Shown here in pieces: positions 52,601 through 64,000 of a stretch of 64,000 bases of DNA. The stretch spans positions 930,001 through 994,000 of the forward strand of contig JAYWIR010000053.1 in NCBI GenBank assembly GCA_036172245.1. The letters run 5' to 3'. This DNA is from Raillietiella orientalis (Eukaryota). Positions within the stretch are counted from its first letter, which is position 1; the number at the start of each line of letters is the position of its first letter. Under the pieces are notes generated by a model. The model ran no database searches. It was not told where the DNA came from and was given only the letters and a program-made list of their open reading frames with translations. The position numbers were made by a program, and so were the translations under genes.

Positions 52601-55600
52601 TGCCAGATTTTCCAGTCTTCTTTCATTTACACACTCTTCAGCTGATAACAAGGAGCAATTGGACAAATTTCCAGAGGATTTGCTCATCCTTTTTGGAGTT
52701 TGCATTTCTCCAGGACTGGTGCCACTACTAGACTCTGGTTGCCAGGCATTGAGGAGAAATTGCTTTCTGTTAGCCTCAGTTCGCCAAGACCTGTATTCTA
52801 TATTCTCCTGGTCTAATGGTTTCTGCAGTCTTTTGCTTTTGTAGGCCCTACAGCCCTGCGAAAGTAGCATCACTATGTTTGGCATAATGAAATGCTGAGT
52901 GCTAAGTATCCTTGCTTACCATATTTACTGCAGCAACCTTTCATGTAAGATGCAACCAAAGGCTGAGAGATCCTCACAAGTGTCTGGCTATTACCCGTAG
53001 ATTGCCTGTTGGAAGAAGGTGGGAGTGGTTCGTTTGTTAAGGTGTGGCAGGGAGTTTTGGAGCTTTGAAGAAACTACGACACCAAATATGCCTTCCTGAA
53101 CAGATGTATAACTGTGAGAGTGCTGTCTTTGACATGCCTAAGTATGCTGCCATTCAAGTTGATGTCTCAATCCACATAGGTCCTTAGGAGAGCAACGCCA
53201 TCAGTGTAAACGGGAAAACTATTCACCAAAGGCTCGATCGCCTAACGGATGAAGTTCGGGTCCTTTTGATTTAAAGAAAAATTAATTTCCCTCCTTGTGC
53301 CATTATAAATGAATTCTTATTTCAAATGAGATCATTCCAACCCCAGGTCCAGGAATTGAATCATGGTCTCTACATTCCTGGTTTCCCTTTTCAATTGAGA
53401 CTTTTTTCACTTCCCCCATGTAGTCTGCTTAAGTGGTCTACGCATAAGCTGCTGGTTTTGGTGATTTGAGCACTGTAACTTAGAACACCACCGGATTGAA
53501 CGCTGCCAAAGCTGCCATCGACACGATTCTTCGTGTGCAGTGTGGACCACTGCTGACAGCAATTCCACTGTACACTTTACACTACATCGTATTGTCACGG
53601 AGACCTCATCAGTTACGAGACTGCCATTTCTGATAACATCGGTTCAACATATGTAAACAAACCTTTTAGAAACCAAAGCAAAACTCGAAATCCAGCGATT
53701 CCAAAGTTGGCTTTGTTAAAATCACCGCTCATTTCTCCTTAATTAAAGTGTATTCCGAGTAAAACTCCAGTCAGTTGATAGATTCATATCTCGTTTCATT
53801 ATGCTGAAGCAAATCGTTCTCAGCTCAGGGATAATTCAACGATTCTGTGAATTACTTGGATTTCCAGTGTTGCGATTTCGTAAAGTTTACTTTCCCTGAG
53901 GGTTACTAATAATCCATTTCGAAATGCAATAAAAAAAATGTTTGTGGCTTCAGTTGGCCATACAAAGAGGTAGACAGTCATGAAGCATTTCTGAAAATTT
54001 GGCTAAATAGGATTGCACATCGGAATCCCACATCTCTTGGCTAACTGTTTCTTGCTCTTTTGCCTTATTAATGGCTTAAGCGTGCAGTTCAAAAAAGTCT
54101 CAGAAAAAAAAGGAAAATCCATCACTTTATACGCATTTCGTGAATCACAGCTTGCAAACGCTTTCCTGCATATAATTCATCTTGAAAATCTCTGCTGTCT
54201 GTCGGTAACTCGGACTTGAAAGAGGGCTACAGTTTCTCCTTCTTACTTTTGACAATCTTTTAATTTTTCATATTTATGTATACAAACACATTTATTATAA
54301 GATTATGAACAACGAAGATTACGAATAGATGCACCGTTTTCGGTTAGTTTTCTAATAATCTGGTAATAGATTATTACTACTTTAATTCCTACTTGAATTT
54401 GTTGTATTCTGTATCTAATAATCTGACTGCTTTTTCCTACGGTAGTCAAGGACACTTGTCATTGCATAAAATAGGCATTTATTCATGAATTTCTTTTAAA
54501 AAAAATTCTCCATGTTCCGCTTGCTAATGGTTCGTCTGCATATTATTATGTATTCTGAAATTCACACCTGAGGGGAATTTTAATACCAAAATTCTTGTGC
54601 CTGTTCACGGTTTCCTGGGTAACAACTGCTGCATCTGGAACAAGGAGACCCTCTTGTGCCTGGTTTGCAATGCTGAGAAAAATTTGAATTCCCAATTTGA
54701 AAGCAGTGAATCACCACAGTATGTTCATCTTCTACAACTGCTTGTTCGTGTCGAATATTCTCCAAGGGGATTTCAGTTTGCTTTCAAACCATGCTAAAAT
54801 GAAAATGGTGGTATTCTTCTGTGTGTATTCGTTTTCTATATAATTTTATTGTACACTTCCTTGTCCAAAGGACAATCTCACTCTTTCCTATGGATCGAGA
54901 TGTCCTGGAACTGCCATGCTCTTAACACACTTTATCACAGGAATATCAGCTTTTGAGCTTTCATTATTTATTTTAAAAAATATTAAACAGCTATCAGTTT
55001 GCATTCCATTCTTCTTGATTATCTTAACTTTGACTGCTGCACATGCAGTGGCCTGCAAAGAGAAGACACTTCTGGAGCATCTTGGATCGAACAGCTTCTG
55101 ACGCCTGAATTTCATGAAATGGTATCAGTGGAATTCGCGTTCCTGGGTTTGATCCCTGCTACTTTAAACGCAAGGCGCCGAGAGCGTCCCTGCACTTTCT
55201 CTTCCTTTTTTTCTTTGAATTTGATCTTTTCCTATTACTTTCAAATTTGTTGACAATACCCACTTCGTGATGACTGCATTCGTTTCACATTGCTTTCTGG
55301 TCCAATGAGATGAGGGATCGCAAAACGACTACTCAATAATTATGCACCCTGCTTTTCTTTGACCTCCAACTTCACTCCTGCGGATATGGTTTCATCTGAG
55401 TTTCTGCTTCTGAACAACAGATGAAAACGTGGAAAGCTGAGTTCTTTAACAAACTCTCTAAAGCAAATGTTTAGAATCCATCGTTTCTACTTCTTGTTGG
55501 CCTTATTTTCTATGGCTCGAAAGCAATAAAGAATTTACGAAGCAAGAGAACCTGCAGGCCAAGTTCTGTGCCTCTTCCAGCTTCCAGAAGCTCCTTCATC

Positions 55601-55629
55601 TCTCTTACAACTTTCTGACTCCCTCTGAT

Positions 55630-58600
55630 ACTTTGATTCGTAGATTTCTCAAGAGAAAAAAAATTGCATTCCCTGTTTTCTCGTACGCTCGAAGAAATAC
55701 TGAACGAACAGCCCCTGCTTGCAGTCCCAGTGCTCCTTCACCACTCGGACGGACGACGAACCCTGGACGGAAAAGAACGAGCTCTGGCTTCTTTACATTC
55801 CTCGAGACCTGTCTGGTACCGTCCTCTCGCCGTAATCATTTTCCTGGCGAGCGAGCGCGGAAGACAGCCCAAGACAGGCAAGGTAAATGGGAGCGCACCG
55901 ACCACTCCTTCTCCCGGCCACGTATAACAGCATCTGTGAAAAACAAGCAGCCTTATTCTCTTCCTCCATGCGTCATCTCCTGCATTTTGGATCGACTGCA
56001 CTGCAGGGCACGCGTGTTCCAGTTCCGTTTCCGCTCTTCACATCGACAGGAAGCTGCTCCCGTTGCCTCGCTGTTGCTCCATGCGACACCACACGTGCCC
56101 TGTCTGCACGCTGCTAGCATCGCGCGTTCCTCCTCAGCATTCCAGCGGCATAAGCAGATCGGGATCTGCCCCTCGAGGGACTATAGAGGATTCATCAAAG
56201 CGCCTCCGTGAGTCCGCGATTGAAAGAGCTTCGGCTTCCTGCTGTGCGAACACGTCAGCATGACTCTTCGGACCTCGGATGTCGGCAACAAAGGGGCGAG
56301 GACTTCGTCTTGGTCTCCTGGAATCCGATGCGAGATCCTGCCTTTCTTCCAGCTACTCTTGGACGACCTGCCACGGCTGCTCCTCCTTCCTGCAACGGGC
56401 AGAACCAGGGACCCGTTCTGGCACGCGGAGCTTTTCTTTCCCAAGAACCCGCATTCCGTCCCGTCTGTCGGAAGGCTCACCAGACGCCCAGCGAGAGGAT
56501 CTGCCTGGACCGGCAGGGAAGCTGACCCAGCAGCAAATCAAGCAGACGCGCCAATCTTGCCACTTTGTTTGGCGTGCTGTCTGCTCGAGTCGACGCCCTG
56601 ATGGGCACGCGGCAGGGAAGCCAGCTCGAAGACCGCATCGCGCCTTCCGCTGGCATCCGCAGTTCGCATCCATCTGACCCGGTGGCCTGCTCATGGTGCA
56701 GCTCGCACAGCGCGCCTCCCACGCCGCGCACTCGTTCGTCACCCGCCCAGGGCGACGGCTCCCCGATTCCTGCCGCTTCGCCCCACCCGGAAAGAGCGGG
56801 ATCTCATCCGGGTGACTGCCCAGGTTGGAACGGGAACACGGAAGTGCGCGAGAGGGACTCGCGTCGGTCTTTTTTCGTCGCAGGAGGAAACGACTGTTGC
56901 TGGCAGTTCCCTTCCCACTTCTTTCCACGGACGAATGGTACGTCTCGATCTTTCGGATACGGAACGCCACGTGGCCAGAGACTGAGCGGCAGCCTATCTT
57001 CGGCATCCCCTCCCCCCTTTCCATCTGCTCATCCTGGAGGCGGCGAATCCCCGCGGATCCCTTCTGGTGCCTGCGCGAACCATCGCAAGTCGGAACTGAA
57101 GAACCTCCCGACCGTCACTGCGCTGCATTCCCTTCCTGGAAGGGAGCGAAGCCGCTTCCGCTTGGAAATCCAGGAAATCTCCCTTCCAGGAATCCAAAAA
57201 AATTGGACGCCTTGTAGAGTCCCTCCCTTCGAGCCGAATGTGGGACGGCAGCCGAAAGTGTGACCCTTTCTCTACCGCGGTGCGAATCTTCCTTTCCTGC
57301 TCCCGGGACACCCCACGCGCCCGGATCTCTCGCCAGGAGCGTGGGGTCGTCTCGTCGAAGGAAGGGCTTTCATTCGACAAAGAATTCCGCGCTCCCGCGG
57401 CTCTGCAGGTGCCGGTAGCCGGTTGCTTAGAAACCAGTTCCCATCAAAATGTGGCAACCCTACAATCTTTGCATCCGCCGACGGATGCGTTTTCTCATCT
57501 GGGAAGAAAGATCGCAAGTAGCGCTGGAATCGACAAGCGAAGTAAAAAACCTGTCGGATCGCTTCTCGGTACTCTTTGGATTCGGCTGCTGCACCACGCT
57601 TTGGAATGCCTCATGCTTCAACAACCTTTTAGCGTTCGCAAGAGTTACCATGAAGGAACATGCAAAGATTGCGAGGTGAAATTTCGGCTCTCGATTGGGT
57701 CGCTTGTGGCAAAAGTTCACGTGAACTGTAGTCCAAATAGATTCGAGAAAGCATCTGGAGCTATCCTCAAGAAATCCGCGAGTACGTGAGTGGTTGATTC
57801 TATTCATGCGTGCTTTTCTTGCATGCAACTGGGCATCTGATCCTTGCGAGCGATAGTGACAGGAAAGTCTATGAAGAGCAGCGACTGCAGCTGGAAAACC
57901 ACCTGAATTTAGTGACAGTCAAATTCGTTGAGTCGGTCCAAGGTGCCTTGCTTCCTGCATCGAAAACTAAATGGGCTGTCCGTCTAGACCTAGTGAAAGA
58001 TAGTCCCCAAGGATGGCATCAGCTACTATGTGGAGCCGGAGAACGATCTCAATGATGCAGAAGAAGAGTAAAGGAAAGAGGCTGCCTTTCTGAAACGCAA
58101 GAAAAGGAAAAAAGTCAAAACAATCCCCTATTGTCTTCTTCCTGTCATTTGGAACGAGCCTTAAGATCACTTTTTGAAAAATCAACGGGATTTGGAACCA
58201 GCAAAAGCGAAGGCAGATCACGTGGATCATCAGGTATGACGATATCGTGTGTCTGCCCAAGATTCACGAGACCGACCTGCCTCGAACTCGAGAGACACCA
58301 GACGCCTAGCGGTTCGTAAGCGGAGGTCATGAGAGGAAGGTGGTGGCGATCCTCGTGAAGAACATCGCGCACCATCCTCGAGACGTTTTCTTTGTAGTTT
58401 GGTATCAGATCATCGGATTCAGATCCGGAAGTGTCCACTACTTCCTGGTGAAGATGTGCGGAAGCTGCCCAGACCCTCCTGCTCATCAAGGTCGCACCAA
58501 AGGACATATATATGCCATTTTAACGTTCTGGGCGACGTCATCCACTCCAAAGATGCCCCGGAAGGATGGCGTGCGTTTTACTCGAAGTGCTGGGACCAGA

Positions 58601-61100
58601 ACGAGAGGCCGACGTCTTCCGAAACATCAAGTGAGGAATCGGCGCGCTGGAGAAGAACATCTTCAAGGATGCGCTCTAAATGCAGTACGAAGACCAAGTT
58701 TTGCACACGTAGGGAGGAATCGTAAAAGCTTTCCAGAAGCACTGAACTTCCTACTTTCCACAAGATCTCTGCCCAGCAGAGCACAGGGTCATCATGCACC
58801 AGCTGTACAGAAAATTGATCCAGCTGCAGCAAGCTTGGCTCGACGATGAAATTTCCATGGAAAAAGTGAAGAGCGCGCTCGCAGGTCTACGCAAGGACGT
58901 GGCGGCAGGCCTCGATCGTGTGTCCATCTCCCACTATCAAAGGTACCCATACGCCTGCCTACGTCGGTTCCAGGAACTCACACTATGCATCCAGGAAGAA
59001 CACCGGCTCCCGGCTTTGTTTACCGAAGCAGGATGCGACTATTGCCCAAGACAAGCGAACTGACGAAAGTCATCCTGTAGCGGCCAATCTACGTTCTCCA
59101 CTCAGATGCCAAGAGATCTGGTATAGCCGCTTGAGTGCGCTTTCACCAGTGCTCGTCTCTCCAACCTAGACGTGCGCGTTGCCAGGATGCCTCGATGAGA
59201 AGTGTGCCTAGCAAGCCCCGGTTACAGCCGGCATATTGGCGATGGCCTGGTTCTGGGCTTCCCGTATATAGAGAAGACCTTCGACACTGTAGACCATAGG
59301 ATACTGCTCAAGATACTGAAGAAATTGGGCTTCCAGAGATACTTCAGCCAGCAAGCGGAGAGAATACTCGAGGAGCAGTGCTTCGGGATCTCAACGAACG
59401 GATCAGACACAGGCACAATGCGGATAGGGAGGGGAATTTGCCAAGGAGACGCCCTCAGTTTGATACTGTTCGTCATATGCCTGGAGGCTGTGTCGTCGCT
59501 GGTAGAGACAGAGGCGGTCGCCTTCGAGGAATTTCCAATGATGAATGCAGACTGACTCATCTAGGGTAAACAGACGATCTTCTCTTCTTCCTCAAGGACG
59601 AGAGGATCAGCTGCGTTCCTCGGTGTAATCAATTCTGTGGGAAAGTCCTTAAGATCAGTGCCCAGATGTTGCAACTCTTATTCACCAGGATCCTGGTTTT
59701 CTGCACATTAAGGGTGAAGGGAGTTCGAGTGGCGAATGGAGTCAATTATCTAAGAATCCACATCAACGACATCTCAACCGCGCACATTTTGTGGAAAGAA
59801 ATCCCAGAGAAAGCAGGAGAAGCATCAGCAAAGTACATCCAGGACGACTTTGGCATGGAGCAAGCGCCAACTTGCGGAATGGCGTTCGATTTCCCAAGGT
59901 GCTCTATGGAGCAACCTTCAGCCCAATGCACAAGACTCGGATGGAAGTGGAACCGTTGCAGAGAAAGCTTCTGTAGAGACACTGTAAACCGGGGTGAAGC
60001 TTGTATCATCCTCAAGGTGATAGAATGAGGTCTCTGGCACACTCTATGGAAATCATGTACCCTGGTAACTCCTGAATCTTACTCAGCGATTGGGGCAGGT
60101 GGCCATTTGCTGTGCACAGCACCCACTCGAGGTTGCTGAGCGGCTCCAGTGGCTTGAAGCAATCACAGGCCAAACAGAAGTGGGTGAACATCGATCCCAC
60201 GTGGGAAAGAAAAGACACTGGTGAAAATTTACCAAGTCAAAATGGCGCCTAGGAGCACAGAGCCATGAGAGGAAGAACTGGCCTCGGTAATGCCTTGCTC
60301 CCTTCCCATTCCACGGAAAACGTGGTATGGATAAGCGAAAATCCTAGGCTGAAAATCCGGGATTACAAGCAGTTCGTTAACAGTGGCAACTTTTGTCAGA
60401 TGCGACAGTTCAGATACATCCAGCAGGTGAAAGGAAGATACAACCACAAGAGGCATGAGCTTTGGAAGAATCTTACATCTTGTGCGTGGATGCTGATCAC
60501 GAAAGCTAACATTCGGGATGAAATCTTGAATGCACACAAGGACAACTCCCTCGCAATGTGAACCTGCGAGCGGTTGGAGCGACCGTTTGGAGGAGTGTCC
60601 ACGATGCCCTGCTTGTCCTTTACCACGAAGCCGTCCTGAGAGGTTCCAGGACAAAACATCAGAAGGAAAATCTGCAAGATGAGATCTGCGTGGCGTTTTT
60701 TTGGAGACAGGGAAACCCAGCTCCACGTCCTCAGCTCCCTGACGTTGCAATGATATTGGAAGGCACTCAAGGCAATGACAGATCTGCAGAGCAGCACGAG
60801 GATGACGATCCCGGCAGGACTGTTTAAAAGGAGACGGAAATGTTTCTCGATAAATCCCACGGCCAGAACAAAAGTCGCTCACTTGATCACGAGCATCGTG
60901 ATCACAAGATGGAAGCAACAGAAAAATGCAGCTCCAGCAATGAAAATAGTGAATGAAGAGCTCCTGAAAAAGAGATAGGACTTAAAAGCTGCGCAAGAAT
61001 CCAAGCCTAAACAAAACTGAAGAAAACTTCCACATGCGAGGGAACTCCAGTGTCCCCTAGTGCAAACCGTCACACCAAAGCCAACCAATATAAAGTGTAA
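55630..61100 (+). mobile_element. Near full-length but inactivated L1/Tx1-type LINE (ORF1 relic, APE, RT, C-terminal Cys motif)
   Basis: RT motifs appear in order: SALAGLRKDVAAGLDRV (58870), RPIYVLHSDAK (59082), IEKTFDTVDHRILLKILKKLGF (59268), GRGICQGDALSLILFVICLE (59426), HLG*TDDLL (59558, YADD) and VNYLRI. CPRC lies near 60595. APE and ORF1 relics at 55650-57900 are weaker. Confidence 0.85.
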
Positions 61101-62630
61101 TATGAAGTGACCCGAGTGACGCCAACTCGCCGTCGCTCCAAATTATTACGTGCATTGCCGGTTTCTCTCTTGCACCGTAAACATTTCGCCTTCAAGTAAA
61201 ACCACTTCACGGATATGCGGAAAATTGTGACCTTCGGACGAGCATACGGATGAGGAAGCTGTATTCTATTGCTGTCAGGTAGACAAGACTGCAGCGATGT
61301 CCAGCAAAAGATCGTGACGAGCGCAAATTCGATTTTGCTTCACTTTTCTCTGGAGTCGTCTGCAAATTAAGTGAGCACATCATTTCGGGTGCTTACGATT
61401 TCAGAGATATCTGGCAAACAGGCAGCTTTGTCTTACTCTGAATTCTCTTCAGGGCAGCCTTGTTCAGGGGGAAGACTCCGTTGAATGGGATGTTTCCAAT
61501 GAGCGCTGACGTTGGATTGTAATGAAAACAGAAGACGGGAACGGATACAACTTTTTAAAGTTTTGAAGATACCACAACCCATGTACGAAAGAAGAGTTTT
61601 CTTCCCCATCTTGAAAAGAATAAAGGGTTGGAAGCAGCATGCAATCCAAGTTGCTCTTTGATTTGCTTCGCTGCGTCCTTATTGCTGACGCCAATATATG
61701 ACGAGCTTACTTGGAACCCATCGGCTCGTTTTGGGCACGTTTGGTTTGCGTTGACACCGATGAGGTGCACTTAAAACCACGAAGTTGGTTTTCTTTGCAC
61801 GGATTTTCTGACCAAAGTTAGGTGTAAAGGCAGGCTGCTGAGCTGTTCTCCATAGAAAAAGTGTTTCCATCGTTGGGGCATCAGTAGGTGAAAGAATACC
61901 TACTGCACACCCCGAGGAACACTTGGAGTCTATTGCCCATGCCTCGGAATGCGTCGTGCTTGGGGCAAAATCCCCAATCTTGTCACTGATGTTCGCAAAA
62001 TACAGCGAATACATGTTCTATTTTGTGTGTTGCGTGTTAATCGCTACCTAACTCCCTTATCCCATTGTCTTTCAAGGGGATTCCCATGTCGTTAGCAGAG
62101 TCAGCGATGGGAAAGCTAAACGACGGAATAGAGGGGGGAAAGCAAAATCTAAAGCGTGTTCTGAAGCTGCAAATTCATTGGAAGATGTGGAAGAAAAATT
62201 CATATTTCGTAATGCAGAGGAACTCTGCTGCCAGGCAGCAAGAACCTGGCACGTTGCGTATACAGTATCTTCCTGAAGTCTCGAGTAGGGTTACTCGAGG
62301 GCAGTTACTGAGTCGTTCAGTGAAAACGCCCTGGTGCAGGACACATGGGAGGATTCATAAAACCAGAGCTCGTTTCGATAACTGAATTGCGCGGCTGCTA
62401 GATGAAAAAAAAAAGAAGCTGACACTTCATCTTCACTTATCCAAAGCTGATCTTCCTTAATATCTCTGTTATAACGAAGGATCAATTTCAACATCGGCTG
62501 AATGAGTGCAAAAGATATGATAAATACGAGCATGAACAAACGAAAATGGGCTTGCGAACGGTTATTTCTACTGATGTGCTTTCCTTATTTCGTATTCCAA
62601 GGTGACACGAAAAGAACTAAGAATCGGAAA

Positions 62631-63588
62631 TTACCCAATGCACCATGAGAAATGAACAGCATACGAGCATATTCGACATGGTCTCATTTTAATAGCTAGG
62701 CAACAGCCCTGGTATTTGGAATCGAAGATGATTCCATTCTTCAGTGATTCTATGAAGCCGTATTGCACGTGCCCCACATCATCTTTTGTGAAGTCGACGA
62801 CAGTAATTCGCTCTCCGTTGTATAGGTGGGCTGCATCAGCCTTCCTACAGGAGTGCATGTATATTGCGTCCTTTTTCAGAAATAAAAACGGGGCCATGGT
62901 TGTTTTGCCAGTGTTGCCACAGGTATCGTGACACCAGTGGATTTTTCGTGGATTGGCTTTGCGGCGGATGATGTCCACAATATCCATTTGCCGCTGTTTG
63001 AGTTGGAGCTTTGCCATGGGGTTAGGGTGTTGTCTGGTCCTTGACAGCCGAAAGCACACTTTTATGAAATTTACATTTTTCGAGTAAAACTGTGTGTGAT
63101 TTTTTAAAATGTAGAGCTCGTCTGCTCCGTTTTCGATGAGTTGCAGGATCTGAAAGAGGAGAATTTGATTTTATCGTCATCGGTTTTTGGTAACGAACCT
63201 GTTCTTGGTATGATTTTGGTTCGGTGCTTTCGTTGAGAGATCCGTGTGTCCAAGGATTCCTATCTTCTTTACTGCAGTACCGAATGTCGCTCTGTGGCGT
63301 GCCTTCTGCTCGCTCCAAGTGAGTCTTATGGAATGGTTTGCGGTGCGAACCGGGCAAAGTTCTCGGTCCCTTGAGTTGCCTGGAGCCTTGCAAGTGAGGC
63401 GTCCCGGTCTCAGCTGGTTCGCGTCCAATGCAGGCGGAGCAGCACTTCAGTCGGCACCATCGCTTGATGTCTTTGGATTCTTGCTCGGTGCAATTGCAGA
63501 AAGTGATGCACCAATTGAAGTTAAGTGCGTAAGGCACAGTGACGTACGCGAAATTCACTGAAGGTAAGACTGCGGTGTGGAGGTTCAT
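62631..63588 (-). CDS. rep: CRESS-DNA-virus-like replication initiator Rep (HUH endonuclease + SF3 helicase), endogenous; predicted spliced join(63588..63199,63149..62631), 302 aa
   Basis: Motif I WCITFCN, motif II TPHLQG, motif III HLERAEGTPQSDIRYCSKE, Walker A GNTGKTT, Walker B ITVVDF, and YGFIESLKNGIIFDSKY. Removing a 49-nt GT-AG intron joins the two ORF-track frames without a stop. Helicase motif C is not recognisable. Confidence 0.92.
63150..63198 (-). other. Predicted 49-nt phase-0 spliceosomal intron in rep
   Basis: Donor CAG|GTTCGT, branch-like ATGAC, polypyrimidine tract and acceptor TTCTCCTCTTTCAG|ATC. Removal restores the frame exactly (130 codons plus exon 2). Confidence 0.8.
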
Positions 63589-63593
63589 GGTGG

Positions 63594-63601
63594 TTTATAT
63601 A
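63594..63601 (-). promoter_or_regulatory. TATA box of rep
   Basis: The minus strand reads TATATAAA between the origin hairpin and rep. Confidence 0.65.
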
Positions 63602-63631
63602 CTGGCTAACTGCGCAGTATTTTGTGTTAGC

Positions 63632-63659
63632 GCGATCTGGTCAGTATTACCCACATTGC
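63632..63659 (+). promoter_or_regulatory. Rolling-circle origin stem-loop with nonanucleotide CAGTATTAC (63642-63650)
   Basis: GCGATCTGG-TCAGTATTAC-CCACATTGC forms a 9-bp stem with one mismatch and one G-T pair. The loop fits NANTATTAC and lies about 55 bp from the rep start. Confidence 0.85.
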
Positions 63660-64000
63660 ACAGTAATCATCCGACACCGTGGGAAGCTGTTATGTAAGCA
63701 TTTTCATTTTGAGTGCCTGGTTTTTTTTATCCGCAGTCGTGGAGGACTTAGGGATGCGCAAAAGCGATATGCTTTCCAGCTCAAGTGTCTGGTTTCACCC
63801 GACCTCGTGGAAGGCTAGTGTAGTCGGGTGGGCATGGCCCACCAGCTCAGAGTTGAGAGGGGTGGGGGGATCGAAAAATCCTCAGCAAGCTTTCTAGAAG
63901 CCGAACGGTGGCGCTACGTCGTTTTGTCTCTCGAAAAACGAAGGCATCGAGTCATTCGAAATCGTGGAAGCGTCGTCGACTGACCAGATTGTGGTCCGGT

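Noticed and set aside
52200..53630. Possible RNA-virus-derived endogenous ORF
   Set aside because: The best frame has many stops, close to the random expectation, and no motif I can identify.
57558..57569. ATCGCTTCTCGG equals the 5' end of U2 snRNA (a target of some Tx1 elements)
   Set aside because: Only 12 nt match, the sequence diverges immediately afterwards, and it lies inside the LINE body rather than at a junction.
1..62000. The many 60-300 aa ORFs in the six-frame track as genes
   Set aside because: They overlap on both strands in GC-rich decayed repeats and show no coherent protein families beyond the TE relics listed.
61440..62400. Capsid gene of the CRESS element
   Set aside because: No Arg-rich N-terminus or recognisable jelly-roll motifs on either strand, and the frames are short and interrupted. 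An HHpred search would be needed to exclude it fully.
62631..63588. Helitron or Replitron transposase
   Set aside because: The helicase is SF3-type rather than PIF1/SF1, Replitrons lack a helicase, and a viral-type nonanucleotide origin is present.

Overview
Eukaryotic, repeat-dominated DNA with no intact host gene and no prokaryotic features. Most of the window is heavily decayed L1/Tx1-type LINEs (APE endonuclease, RT and C-terminal CCHC motifs; the most complete copy is about 55630-61100 on +). It also holds about seven copies of a tRNA-derived SINE with internal sub-repeats, a Ty1/copia integrase remnant, two AT-rich TIR-bounded elements, two minisatellites, and a near-identical ~690-bp inverted duplication. 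The stand-out feature is an endogenous CRESS-DNA-virus-like replication module at 62631-63665. Removing one 49-nt GT-AG intron fuses its HUH endonuclease and SF3 helicase halves into one open 302-codon Rep frame. A TATA box and a stem-loop origin carrying CAGTATTAC lie directly upstream. No capsid gene is recognisable, and the host taxon cannot be determined from the sequence. Repeat boundaries were set by eye and are approximate.
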